From assembly GCA_048941285.1 (NCBI GenBank), contig JBHLNS010000017.1:1-56466 (forward strand): DNA of 56,466 nucleotides. The letters are read 5' to 3'. The DNA comes from Promethearchaeota archaeon (lineage in GTDB: Archaea > Asgardarchaeota > Lokiarchaeia > Sigyniarchaeales > SOKP01). Below are positions 39,819 to 50,081 of this stretch, one piece after another. The notes below the pieces were generated by a model. That model saw only the letters and a list, made by a program, of their open reading frames with translations. It ran no database searches and had not been told where the DNA came from. Positions within the stretch are counted from its first letter, which is position 1, and every line of letters begins with the position of its first letter. The position numbers and the translations under genes were made by a program.

Positions 39819-40559
39819 ATGAAATTACAACGAATTTTAGCACTATTAAGTATGGAATTAAAAAAGCTAATTCGAGAACCAGCCTTTTTATTTCTAATGC
39901 TTCTATTTCCAGCGGTACTTACATTAGTTTTTGGTTTCGCTTTCAGTGATCCCGCACTGGGGATAAGTTTTGATGCTATGGCACCAGGATTATTTGCTTA
40001 TGCTTGCATATTTATAATCATGACAGTTGCTCAGTCTTTTAGTGATATAAGAGAACAAGGCTTGTTAAGAAGATTAAATACAACTCCTATGACTTCTGGA
40101 GATTTTATGGGAAGTCAAGTTATTTCAAATATGATTATAGCAATGATGCAGGTACTAATAGTGTTCCTTCTTGCCTTACCATTTGGATTTAGTCCTAACG
40201 CTAATATAGGAGGGCTACTGTTTGCATTTCTATTAATGGCGATTTTCTCTCTTAGTTCTGTGGGATTAGGGCTCATAACCGCAACAATTGCTAAAAACTC
40301 TGGTACTGCTACTGGATTGTCTTTTATTTTTATATTACCTCAGATGTTCTTTGGAACATTTATACCGATTACTGATACTACAAGACTCATTGCTATGGCT
40401 CTTCCAAGTTATTATGCAACTGATGCAATATCATCAATATATAGCGGAGCTTCTTTATTTAGTAGTAATATATTAATCGATTTTGCTTTTATTTCGATAG
40501 TAAGCATTACAATTGTAATAATTGGGATACTGCTATTCAAAAAATATGGTAACAAATAG
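39819..40559 (+). CDS. ABC-2 type permease
   Basis: Six TM helices, REQGLLRRL motif; abuts the ATPase stop codon. Confidence 0.9.
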   Translation: MKLQRILALLSMELKKLIREPAFLFLMLLFPAVLTLVFGFAFSDPALGISFDAMAPGLFAYACIFIIMTVAQSFSDIREQGLLRRLNTTPMTSGDFMGSQVISNMIIAMMQVLIVFLLALPFGFSPNANIGGLLFAFLLMAIFSLSSVGLGLITATIAKNSGTATGLSFIFILPQMFFGTFIPITDTTRLIAMALPSYYATDAISSIYSGASLFSSNILIDFAFISIVSITIVIIGILLFKKYGNK

Positions 40560-40587
40560 ATAATTATCTTTTTTTATTTTTTTTTAA

Positions 40588-41607
40588 TTATTCTTTATTA
40601 TATTGAATATTTAAATCTCTAACAACTGTTGAAATCTTTTTTTTATACTTAGTGATTAAATAGAAAGTAGAAGACATTACAATAAGACTTAAAACAATAC
40701 CTATTATTGCCGCTCCATAATCATTTGTAATCCAACTTAATAAAGGGATCCACGGAGAAACTAAATTTTCAAGCCATGACTCACCATATAAATCTATTAA
40801 TACGCGTTCTAATCCATCGGGAGAATTAGATAGAAAACCTAGTGTGAATCCTATAGCAATCATCAATAGTAATGTTCCTATAACAATGAATACTGAAGAA
40901 ATTGGCCTTTTATATTTACCAATATTAAGAGAATATGTTTTATTTAGCATTTTTGGCTCTGTTGTAATAAATTCTGGTTTTACTTTACATATATAGAATA
41001 CAATCAAACCAGAGATTATAGCTTCACCTATACCAATTAAAAGATGCCAATAAACCATCGCAGGGATTGCTATTTCAATAGGAACTGCTCCAGCAAGAGT
41101 TAATTCAATACCGCACATAAATGCGGCTAAAATAATAGCAATATAAGATCCTAATGCCGTACTAATTGTAATTTTAATCTCTTTCTGAAGCCTGGTTTTA
41201 TTTAGCATTTTTACTATGAATAAAACGATATAGAATCCAATTATTCCTCCAATTATTCCCATATTGAACGCATTTGCTCCTAACGCTAAAATTCCTCCAT
41301 CTCCAAATAAACTTTGTACTAATAAAACTAAAAAGAGGATAATTAATGATGCCCATGGACCTAAAATGACCGCTATTAGTGTCCCCCCAACTAAATGACC
41401 CGAAGTTCCTCCTGGAACAGGGTAGTTTACAAATTGGAAAGCAAATATTACTGCAGCTAAAACCCCTATATATGGAACTAATTTATCGGAATCTTCCTTC
41501 TCAAACATTCTACCCATCTTGAAATATCCAAAAATCATAACTGTAATAACTATTATCCATAGGCTAATAGTAGTAATAGGATCTAATAAACCATCTGGTA
41601 TATGCAT
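40588..41607 (-). CDS. Co/Ni ECF transporter substrate component CbiM/NikM fused to a PDGLE (NikN-like) domain
   Basis: N-terminal MHIPDG, GTSGHLVGG and SPDGLE motifs. Confidence 0.92.
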   Translation of the reverse strand: MHIPDGLLDPITTISLWIIVITVMIFGYFKMGRMFEKEDSDKLVPYIGVLAAVIFAFQFVNYPVPGGTSGHLVGGTLIAVILGPWASLIILFLVLLVQSLFGDGGILALGANAFNMGIIGGIIGFYIVLFIVKMLNKTRLQKEIKITISTALGSYIAIILAAFMCGIELTLAGAVPIEIAIPAMVYWHLLIGIGEAIISGLIVFYICKVKPEFITTEPKMLNKTYSLNIGKYKRPISSVFIVIGTLLLMIAIGFTLGFLSNSPDGLERVLIDLYGESWLENLVSPWIPLLSWITNDYGAAIIGIVLSLIVMSSTFYLITKYKKKISTVVRDLNIQYNKE

Positions 41608-41760
41608 TTTTAATATACAAGAGTTAATTTTTTTTATAATGAATAATTAAAATAATACTAAATTATAACAGAGTATGAAAAGTTATAAATATTACTTTTT
41701 TAAAATTATTATAATTACTTCAGAAAGATTCTTTTATAATAACTCACGGTCGATTGGATC

Positions 41761-42564
41761 TTGAACACGGCATTACCTTTTAGACATGAGGATGAAAAGC
41801 TTTATTTAAAGAAAATACACCCTTTAGTTCGTCTAATCCTGCCATTTATTTTAGTTGTGCCCTTTCTAATAATTGAAGATATTTATCTAATATTTACAAT
41901 TCTTGTAATTACATTAATTATTGATATACTTCTACGACTAAATATTCTAAAAATAGTTTCAAGATTAAAGTTAGTAATTCCTTTTGTTTTTTTAATTACA
42001 ATCTTTATTCCAATATATGTGGGAGAGACTCTTTTGTTTCATTTTTATATTGGAATAAGAATTAATGTATATGCAGAGGGTTTAAATCTTGCTTTAGTTA
42101 TTTTTTTAAGAGTTTTTGTGGCATTGATTATATTCATGTCATTTTTTTCTTCATTAACTTATTCTGAATTTATAAATGCTTTAACTAGATTAAGATTGCC
42201 CTCTATATTTATAGGTTCTTTAATAATAATGCTACATTATATCCCTATCTTAGCAGGTTCTAATAGAAAAATAATAGAAGCACAGGAAATGAGAGGTAAA
42301 AAAATTATATCATATTGGCAAAAATTAAAGACTCACGCTTATATTATGGGTAAAAGTATTATAATGAATATGGAGCGAAGTGAAAAGTTATATGAGAGTT
42401 TAAAGATGCGCGGATTTAATGGTAAGATTACATTTGCTTCAAGAAAGTTTAAGGTGATAGATTTAGTTTTATTAATATCATTTATTTTAATGATAATTTA
42501 CTTCATTTTTTTTATTAATTTGGAATCAATTTATCAAGGGGTGTTTAGTCTATTTTTGCCTTAG
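41761..42564 (+). CDS. ECF transporter T component (CbiQ/NikQ)
   Basis: HPLVRL, AQEMRG and SLKMRGF motifs; TM helices. Confidence 0.88.
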   Translation: MNTALPFRHEDEKLYLKKIHPLVRLILPFILVVPFLIIEDIYLIFTILVITLIIDILLRLNILKIVSRLKLVIPFVFLITIFIPIYVGETLLFHFYIGIRINVYAEGLNLALVIFLRVFVALIIFMSFFSSLTYSEFINALTRLRLPSIFIGSLIIMLHYIPILAGSNRKIIEAQEMRGKKIISYWQKLKTHAYIMGKSIIMNMERSEKLYESLKMRGFNGKITFASRKFKVIDLVLLISFILMIIYFIFFINLESIYQGVFSLFLP

Positions 42565-43301
42565 AAATAGAAAATTTAAATTTTAGTTATAATTCTGGAT
42601 TTGAAATAAAAGATATATCTTTTAAGTTAGAGAAAAATACTATAAAAGCATTAACTGGAAATAATGGATCTGGTAAAACCACCTTATTGCGGTTAATAGT
42701 TGGGTTAATAAAGCCAAAATCGGGTATAATAAAGGTATTTGATGAAATTCTTTCAACAAATAAACTGAGACTTTGGGAAATCAGAAAAAACATAGGTTTT
42801 CTGTTCCAAAATCCTGATGATCAATTATTTGCGCCTACTATAGAAGAAGATATTAGCTTTGGAGCTAGAAATTTGAAGTTAGATGAGGAGGAAGTTAAAT
42901 TAAGAGTTAATTGGGCCTTAAAAGCTGTAGGATTATCGAATTTCCGAAGTCATTCACCATTTGATCTTTCTTGGGGTCAAAGAAAGAGAGCAGCCTTAGC
43001 AGGTTTGCTTGTAATGAAACCTAAATTATTGATTTTAGATGAACCTTTTGCAAATCTAGATTTTAAATCAATATACAACCATCTTGTAATTTTAGAAAAA
43101 TTAAGAAAAGAAACGGATATAACTATATTATTTACAACCCATAATTTATTTTTTGTAGAACACTGGGCCGATGAACTTATAGTCTTAGATAATGGGCGTG
43201 TTATATTCGGAGGACAACCTAATCAAGGGTTAGGAGATGTAAATATTAAGAAATTACTTGGCTCTTATGATGATATTCTAGCTTTATTAAATAAGGATTA
43301 A
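42552..43301 (+). CDS. ECF transporter ATPase (CbiO/NikO); ATT start required
   Basis: Walker A GNNGSGKT lies upstream of the track's TTG start (42687), and an in-frame TAG sits at 42546. FQNPDDQLF and LDEP motifs. Confidence 0.9.
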   Translation: MFALEIENLNFSYNSGFEIKDISFKLEKNTIKALTGNNGSGKTTLLRLIVGLIKPKSGIIKVFDEILSTNKLRLWEIRKNIGFLFQNPDDQLFAPTIEEDISFGARNLKLDEEEVKLRVNWALKAVGLSNFRSHSPFDLSWGQRKRAALAGLLVMKPKLLILDEPFANLDFKSIYNHLVILEKLRKETDITILFTTHNLFFVEHWADELIVLDNGRVIFGGQPNQGLGDVNIKKLLGSYDDILALLNKD

Positions 43302-43384
43302 TAGTAAATTATTACAAAAATTTTCTATAAAATTAATTTTAAATTTGCTTAATTTATATTCTAATAAACTCCTGGTGAACAAAT

Positions 43385-43885
43385 ATTCACTTAGTACTAA
43401 CTTTTTTTCATCAGATTAACGGTCCAAGTGTTTTATTATCTTATCCCGATGTTAAATTAGAAGAAAATATCATAGAATCACTAATCAAATTTTTTGATTT
43501 AAATATTAATGAAACGTTTTTTGAAATCGTTCTCATAACAAAAAAAAAGAAAATTATTAATTTTCATTTTGAGATACCTTCTGAGTGGGCACGTGGTAAA
43601 AAGGAGTTTGCTATGCTCTCTTTGATAATGAAAATTGAATATAAGAGTGAAGATCTTTATGCATTCCTCGTAGACTCGAGCTACAAAATCTTAAAAACAG
43701 AGAACGTTTATAAAGCATTTTATAAAGACTCAGATTTTCATTATAATGATATCGAAATCGATCTTAACTATGAGATAATAAGGAAAATACTTTTTAATTG
43801 TTTAACAAGTTTAATATCAAGAATAGAAGATAAAATCAAAGGTATAAACAAAAAAGAACCATTCCGCTTTTCTAAAAATTCTTAA
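43385..43885 (+). CDS. Longin/uDENN-like domain protein (folliculin/NPRL2-like), ATT start, 166 aa
   Basis: The track ORF extends 76 codons upstream: (I)HLVLTFFHQINGPSVLLSYP...IINFHFEIPSEWARGKKEFAMLSLI. GGTGA at 43374-43378; in-frame TGA at 43376. Confidence 0.65.
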   Translation: MHLVLTFFHQINGPSVLLSYPDVKLEENIIESLIKFFDLNINETFFEIVLITKKKKIINFHFEIPSEWARGKKEFAMLSLIMKIEYKSEDLYAFLVDSSYKILKTENVYKAFYKDSDFHYNDIEIDLNYEIIRKILFNCLTSLISRIEDKIKGINKKEPFRFSKNS

Positions 43886-43909
43886 TTCTTGCCCTGTTTT
43901 AAATTATTA

Positions 43910-44225
43910 AATTGTCGCCTGAAACACTAACACGATCTTTTTCATTTCAAGGTGCTTTACCATTCAAATCAAAGGCGTTCTCTCATGTCAGGCATTTAAA
44001 ACCATGGGATATAATCATGTCGCAAATCTGGGTTGCTGACTCTACTGTCATCGCTGTGGTTTTTACCATCACTCTGTAAAGAGCCCGTATAATTTTTGCA
44101 TGTACTGATTATTAAACTCCGAATATTCGCATTAATTTGCACTACATAATCATTTTATCATCATATGAGTCCTCGAGCATGCGGTTATTCCATCATCGTC
44201 TTCCCATGAATATAATAGACCTGTA
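43910..44225. ncRNA. Candidate structured ncRNA or box C/D-like sRNA cluster
   Basis: About 37% GC (112/300 counted over 43921-44220), well above neighbouring spacers. No convincing ORF; several hairpins and C/D-like boxes on the minus strand. Confidence 0.4.
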
Positions 44226-44309
44226 AAGATAAAAATTTTACTGAAATTAAAATTCTAATAAATAATCATAAGCAAGTCAGTATAAAGTAATTCATGAGGC
44301 AAATTTTCT

Positions 44310-44780
44310 TTATAACATACCCATAGAATCGGATCTAAATAATTCCTTTACTTCTTTGCCTAGCTCTGCTTGATCAGCTTGTAAATATCTATTCAAAATG
44401 ATAGTAATCTTTGGTGCCCATTTTTTCATAGTGGCTCTAATAAATCCGATCTGAGCATTTTTATCAGCTACAATACATAAAACTCCTTTTCCAACTTTCA
44501 TTGAAAAAATCATACCCTCAAGGTATTCTGTAATTTGTAGATCTATTGCCCCATAACCAAGGATGTGACCTTGCTCTTCTCCTGCAACAAAGACTGCCCC
44601 TCCTATAGCCCCAATCTTGTCAACAGAAATCCCATTTTCACCGGAAAACTTAAATTTAGCTTGACTTAGAATGGTTATTCCTGTATCATCAGTGATGAGT
44701 GCAAACTTTAATCCCGGCGTACTATTTATGATTAAAGTTAAAATTTTCTTTAATTTAAGCTCATCTTCGGAATAACTCAA
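44310..44780 (-). CDS. Roadblock/LC7 (LAMTOR-like) domain protein
   Basis: TPGLKFALITDDTGITI...GVLCIVADKNAQIGFIR pattern. Confidence 0.8.
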   Translation of the reverse strand: MSYSEDELKLKKILTLIINSTPGLKFALITDDTGITILSQAKFKFSGENGISVDKIGAIGGAVFVAGEEQGHILGYGAIDLQITEYLEGMIFSMKVGKGVLCIVADKNAQIGFIRATMKKWAPKITIILNRYLQADQAELGKEVKELFRSDSMGML

Positions 44781-44988
44781 ACATTTATCAACCTATTTGT
44801 TATTATCTTTTTCTTATTAGTTTCATTAAGATTAAAGAATAGTTATTTAAACCAAACTTTATATTTTTACCTTATCCTCACTTTAGATAATGAAGAAATT
44901 ATAAATATAAAAATTTAAGTAAACTATTTGTTTTCGTACGATACGCAATAAAAAACAATTTTAGACTCTTATTAATACATTTTTTTCC

Positions 44989-45336
44989 TTAGAAAAGCTC
45001 CTGTGACTTAAGCAAACCTTTTAGAGGTTTTAATCGACTCTTATATTCTTTTGATTTTTCTAATAATACTAATAATTTGTAATTTTTAGATTTGTCTAAA
45101 TCTCTTTTGATTTGAACAAGATTAGTATCCTCTATAAAACCCCCTTTTTTAACTATCGCAGATAATGCTAATGTATTTTCGAGTACCCATAACTTTTTCG
45201 AAATTTTCGAAGCAATCGGGAATCCATGACGATCTGTAATAATTCCAGCAACAAAGCTAGGAAAATTTTTTTCTATCCTATATAAAAAATAATTTACCTC
45301 ACTTTCGTTTATTAGCTTATCCATTTTTGTTAGCAC
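44989..45336 (-). CDS. Divergent Roadblock-like protein
   Basis: FVAGIITDRHGFPIASK, typical of the Roadblock N-terminal beta-hairpin. Confidence 0.55.
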   Translation of the reverse strand: MLTKMDKLINESEVNYFLYRIEKNFPSFVAGIITDRHGFPIASKISKKLWVLENTLALSAIVKKGGFIEDTNLVQIKRDLDKSKNYKLLVLLEKSKEYKSRLKPLKGLLKSQELF

Positions 45337-45480
45337 CTAATCTATCAATATGATCTAATTAAAGTTATTTCAACATTAAATGTTATATTATGGAGATAAT
45401 ACAGATTTTAAATTAGAAGAAGATTCTAAATAAAAAATTAGAAATTTATATAGATAAGTATTAGATATATTGGTATTTTA

Positions 45481-46458
45481 TTATTTATTGTTTCTCTTTA
45501 ATGAAATCCCCAAGTTTAAATTTTCTACTAGTTCACTAAAACGATTTCTAACAGTTACTTCTGTCACACAGCTAATACGAGCAATCTTTCTTTGAGTTCT
45601 CCTTTCATTAGATAAAATACAGGAAGCGTAAATTGCAGCAGCACAAACACCCGTAGGTCCTCTACCAGAAGTTAAACCACGTTCTTCTGCCATTCTAATT
45701 ATTGTTTTTGCCGTTTTCTGGCACTTATTAGTTAACCCTAACTCTGAAATAAATCTTGTAAGAAAGTCTATCGGTTTAGTTGGATTTAATTCTAAAGATA
45801 ATTCATTAGATATAAATCTAAAGGATCTCCCAATTTCTTTCTTATCTACTCGTGCAACCTCGGCAATCTCATTTAAAGTGCGTGGAACTTTATACATTCT
45901 ACAAGCAGCATATAAACTGGCAGCAGCTACACCTTCAATACTTCTTCCGCGAATTAAATGAGCCTCAACTGCATCTCGATATATTTTAGCTGAACATTCT
46001 CTTAAATTTTTTTGAAGATCAAGATTAGAAGCCATACGATCAAGTTCACTTAAAGCAAATGTAAGGTTTCTCTCAGTTGCATCAGATACTCTTATGCGGC
46101 TTTGCCACTTTCTAAGTCTATATATTTGGCCTCTTAATTTAGCCGGGATTTCCTTTCCAAAAATATCCCTATTCTTCCAATCTATCATAGTACTAAGCCC
46201 TTTATCATGTATCATGTAAGTCATAGGAGCCCCTGTTCTTGTTCTCTTCTTTTTTTGGTCAGCGTCAAAAGCTCTCCATTCTGGTCCACGATCGATATGT
46301 TTTTCAGAATGCACTAAACCACATTCCTCACAGACCAATAATCCTCTATTCTCATCAAAAAATATATCTTTGCCACATTCATTACAAATATCAATATCTG
46401 TATTTGAGTCTTCCCCTAATACAGATTTCGGATCTCTCCAACTTGAAATACTATACAC
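45481..46458 (-). CDS. tfb: Transcription initiation factor IIB
   Basis: Zn ribbon CNEC...[26 protein letters not shown] and TEVTVRNRF motifs. Confidence 0.97.
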   Translation of the reverse strand: MYSISSWRDPKSVLGEDSNTDIDICNECGKDIFFDENRGLLVCEECGLVHSEKHIDRGPEWRAFDADQKKKRTRTGAPMTYMIHDKGLSTMIDWKNRDIFGKEIPAKLRGQIYRLRKWQSRIRVSDATERNLTFALSELDRMASNLDLQKNLRECSAKIYRDAVEAHLIRGRSIEGVAAASLYAACRMYKVPRTLNEIAEVARVDKKEIGRSFRFISNELSLELNPTKPIDFLTRFISELGLTNKCQKTAKTIIRMAEERGLTSGRGPTGVCAAAIYASCILSNERRTQRKIARISCVTEVTVRNRFSELVENLNLGISLKRNNK

Positions 46459-46511
46459 CCTTTTTTATAATAAATTTGATTTTTAAAAGAATTGTTAAAA
46501 ATTTTTAAAGA

Positions 46512-46766
46512 CTAATTTATTTTTGTGTAGATTTTATCATCGGGGTTAAAACTCTGATTTGACATGGCTTTTATCGATATGAAAGGAAAATCTATTGGAC
46601 CGAATACATCTTTAATGAATCCAATTTTCTCGTATTTTTCATTATAAATGGAATTTTTTATAATTTGTTCTAATTTGTTATTCCATTGTTTCGCTCTAAA
46701 AATTTGATGATTTTTCGATGATTTTCCAATATAGAATAGATTCAATTTAGCCCAGTTCTTTTTCAA
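46512..46766 (-). CDS. gar1: Gar1/Naf1-family H/ACA RNP protein
   Basis: IGFIKDVFGPIDFPFISIK motif; lies directly upstream of tfb, as in many archaea. Confidence 0.8.
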   Translation of the reverse strand: MKKNWAKLNLFYIGKSSKNHQIFRAKQWNNKLEQIIKNSIYNEKYEKIGFIKDVFGPIDFPFISIKAMSNQSFNPDDKIYTKIN

Positions 46767-46915
46767 GAGATCTCCTTGCGAGTGGATGAAAGTTAATTTA
46801 AAATAAATGATGGTGGTTAATATTTAAATATAATGGTTTTCAATATCTTTTCTTACAAAAGTGGAAATTCAATTAAATAAGGAGTTTTTCCTTGAATTAC
46901 CGAAAAAATGACATC

Positions 46916-48013
46916 TCAAATATAATTTTTCTGTAACTGATATTTTTTTCTGCAATCACATTCATATATGTTCAGATCTATTTCATTTAAATTCTGTTTA
47001 AGTACAAAATTCTTAAGTCTATCTTTTGCAGAACTCTCGCATTCTTTCTTTAAACAATTATGAATTCCTCTTTTTGTTCCTGCTCCAGAAGGGGCCGATA
47101 ACAGGCGTATACTTTTCAAATCCTCCTGACTTATAGATTTCTTTATACATTTAAAAAGTGAATAATACCATGGCGGTCTATATCTATTCTGAAACCATAA
47201 GTATTCAGTAAGAGTTCCTCTTTGAATATTCGTTGGATTTATAGATATTGAATTCACACCTAATTCTATTAATTTTTTTATTGAATAAGAACAATCATCA
47301 ATTGCTGATTGTTCATTCAGAAAAGGTGGTTTAAATAACAAATACACTTTCACACCAATATCTTGTTCTTTGCATTTATCCAAAGTACTTTTAAAGTCTT
47401 TAAATAGAACTCCTTTGTTTATAAAATTATTCCTGATATAATCATCTACACTCTCAAGTCCAATAGCAATTTCAAGATATTTTTTATTAAATTGGGCTTT
47501 TATTTCTTCAAGCATTTCTGACCTAATAAATTCTAATCGTGATTCAATAACTATTTCTTTAATTTTTTCAACCTTTGAGACTTTCTCATAGATATGGTTT
47601 CGAATTTCTTTGGAAATCTCATTTTCATCTAAGAAACTTCCAGAATTGAAGATCTTAAGAATATAATTATTAGAATCTTGCTTTATTTCGTTTATTTTAT
47701 CATTAAATGCATAATCAAATTGACTAATAATATGAGAAGTCGAAATATCTTTATTAGTGGCATCTAGATAGTATCCACACATAGAACATCCTCCATGCTT
47801 GCTTAATGCCCAGTTGCATCCTTTAGTTCGCAATATAATTGTAAATTCTTTTCCAATTTCATTTCTAAGTCTTTCTTTCTTAGTCCAAAAACTAATCGGC
47901 CGATCCAATTGCTCTTCTCTATAATTAAGCTTTCTTTTTAGAGATTTTTGTTTAATAGAGTTAATTTGCGCAACTATCTTATTATCTTCACTATTCAAAT
48001 TTTGGTCATTCAT
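46916..48013 (-). CDS. Archaeosine biosynthesis radical SAM protein RaSEA
   Basis: ILRTKGCNW...GGCSMCGY, KIFNSGSFLD, YRPPW and RGIHNC motifs; overlaps arcS. Confidence 0.88.
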   Translation of the reverse strand: MNDQNLNSEDNKIVAQINSIKQKSLKRKLNYREEQLDRPISFWTKKERLRNEIGKEFTIILRTKGCNWALSKHGGCSMCGYYLDATNKDISTSHIISQFDYAFNDKINEIKQDSNNYILKIFNSGSFLDENEISKEIRNHIYEKVSKVEKIKEIVIESRLEFIRSEMLEEIKAQFNKKYLEIAIGLESVDDYIRNNFINKGVLFKDFKSTLDKCKEQDIGVKVYLLFKPPFLNEQSAIDDCSYSIKKLIELGVNSISINPTNIQRGTLTEYLWFQNRYRPPWYYSLFKCIKKSISQEDLKSIRLLSAPSGAGTKRGIHNCLKKECESSAKDRLKNFVLKQNLNEIDLNIYECDCRKKYQLQKNYI

Positions 48014-50081
48014 TAATTTTTACAATTCTCCCGCTTTTTGAATTTTTTAAAAAATTAGATCCCACAATTAATTCTCCACTTCCAAGAATTCTTTTCTTTG
48101 TTTTATCTAATATTACGACTTGATTATTTGGGATAAGATCTGAACTATAATCCAAAATTCCCGGTCTAAATAATGTATTTCCTAATAGTTTTTCTCCATC
48201 AAAAACAATGTAATTTCCTTTTTCTAAGTGATGAGAATGGACGAGTCTTTCAAGACCTACAATAGTTAATTCAATTTGACCCGTTGGAAATTTAAATATT
48301 CCCAATTTTTCTCGAGTTTTTAAGTCCTCTAACTCGATCTGATTTACATATCTGTTTTGAACGATTTTTAAACCATTAGAAATAATGTTATTACCTACGC
48401 CCTGCCCAAATTGATAATCTAAAATTTTGATAGATTTTCTTGTCCAAGTTTTAGAATAATTTTCGTAATTTAAACTGCTTTTCTTAGTCTTATAATTGTT
48501 CTTGTACTCAATGATTAATTTCTCTAAAGATTGGAGCGACTCATGTGATGTTACTTTATCAAAAATTTCAGAAAAAATGAACTTATGAGGTAAATCCGAA
48601 GCTGCCCTATTTATAATTTCAAGATATTCATTTTTTAAATGACAAATGATTGGTATATTTGGATCATATTTTTCGATTATTTTAATAAGCATATTTGATG
48701 ATATATTTATTTCTTCATTATCCCATTGACCAGTAACGGAAATATCATAAGAATTAACGGGGTAAATATTTTCTAATTGTCTAGGAATGCATCCTAAGGG
48801 TGAGGTCAAAATTATTTCTTGAAAAGCAGGAAAATCGGGAAACTTTCTAATTACATTATAAAATTTTTTATGAGATTTAGATTCTGAATATGGTTTTTTG
48901 GCTGAGCATGGGAGTAAAATTATTAAACTAGTCCAAGGTTCTGGTTCAAAATTATTAATGGTTCGTTCCCTATATTGTTCAAAATCTGGTCTATAATAAG
49001 ATGATGGCCCCAGGCACCTTATAATTTTACCTTTTTGTTTTATTGGAGTTTCATATTTAAAGATATTATAATATTCTTTATCCAAAGTCTTTAACATCGA
49101 AATTAAGTTAGTATCATCAAAACAAGACTTTTCTACAAATGCCCTAAAATCCTCAAATTTCAAAAACTGTTTGATTTTATTCATATAATTGTTTGCTGTA
49201 GTCAAATTGTGTAAACTCAATAAATCAATTTTTTCAGCAGAATATTTATCATCTAATATTTTAGTTAAATTACTTCTACATGCTGAACATGAACAAGGTA
49301 AATATTTTATTTTATATATCGGTAATAAATATTCTATTGTATCATAGAAATTTTCAGCAGATAAGAATAATAAGTAAGATGAATCAATCAGATCTATTCC
49401 TAGATATATTAATAATGGGTAATCTTTTGGAATTATTTTCCCAGAAGCCATTATTAATAAATTGTTATCCAATTCTGTTTTTATTTTGATAATGCTCTTT
49501 ATAATGTTTCTAAAGTTACTAAGATTATCAAACAACCCAGATAGATTTACAATTTTTATGTTTTCAAATTCTCGAAAAATTGGGATATAGAGATCTAACA
49601 ATTCCGCATAATCAAAAAGTCTCAAAGTTATGCCAAAATTTAAACTTGGATATTTTTTTAAAATATCTTGAATAGTAAAAAGATAATTTTTTATTTCTTT
49701 TAATGCAAATTCTTTGCTTATACTTGTTGTGGGGATATTAAACGGAATAAGCGATATAATATTATCTTTCGATAATACATTACTATTTTTCAATAATATT
49801 TCTTCGAATTTTCTTAATGTACCCGCATATGTAAAAATAAATCCATTGTTTCTAAATTTCTCTCTTATAAACCCTACTTTCAAGAAGAAATCCTTAGAAA
49901 TTGTAAATAACTCATGATTTTCAAACTCTTGAACAAAGTTAAATTGTTTCATTAAAGAGCTTTTTATTGGGATGATTATATTAGGAGTTTTGATATATAA
50001 TTTCCGTTCCTTTGAAAAAATGATACGCCCAATTCTTGAAAAACCAATCCTATTGTTTAAAATCTCAAAGAAATATTTCAT
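48006..50081 (-). CDS. arcS: Archaeosine synthase alpha subunit (TGT-like N-terminus, PCSxxKPY domain, PUA)
   Basis: LLPCSAKKPYSESKSH, TSPLG.IPRQLE, YDISVTGQWD and a C-terminal PUA domain. Confidence 0.88.
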   Translation of the reverse strand: MKYFFEILNNRIGFSRIGRIIFSKERKLYIKTPNIIIPIKSSLMKQFNFVQEFENHELFTISKDFFLKVGFIREKFRNNGFIFTYAGTLRKFEEILLKNSNVLSKDNIISLIPFNIPTTSISKEFALKEIKNYLFTIQDILKKYPSLNFGITLRLFDYAELLDLYIPIFREFENIKIVNLSGLFDNLSNFRNIIKSIIKIKTELDNNLLIMASGKIIPKDYPLLIYLGIDLIDSSYLLFLSAENFYDTIEYLLPIYKIKYLPCSCSACRSNLTKILDDKYSAEKIDLLSLHNLTTANNYMNKIKQFLKFEDFRAFVEKSCFDDTNLISMLKTLDKEYYNIFKYETPIKQKGKIIRCLGPSSYYRPDFEQYRERTINNFEPEPWTSLIILLPCSAKKPYSESKSHKKFYNVIRKFPDFPAFQEIILTSPLGCIPRQLENIYPVNSYDISVTGQWDNEEINISSNMLIKIIEKYDPNIPIICHLKNEYLEIINRAASDLPHKFIFSEIFDKVTSHESLQSLEKLIIEYKNNYKTKKSSLNYENYSKTWTRKSIKILDYQFGQGVGNNIISNGLKIVQNRYVNQIELEDLKTREKLGIFKFPTGQIELTIVGLERLVHSHHLEKGNYIVFDGEKLLGNTLFRPGILDYSSDLIPNNQVVILDKTKKRILGSGELIVGSNFLKNSKSGRIVKINE

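Noticed and set aside
43912-44079. 55-codon plus-strand ORF (LSPETLTRSF...)
   Set aside because: No SD-like motif and no recognisable similarity; a non-coding explanation fits the region better.
43910-44225. RNase P RNA or SRP RNA
   Set aside because: No GAGGAAAGUCC-like P4 segment and no SRP helix-8 motif found on either strand.
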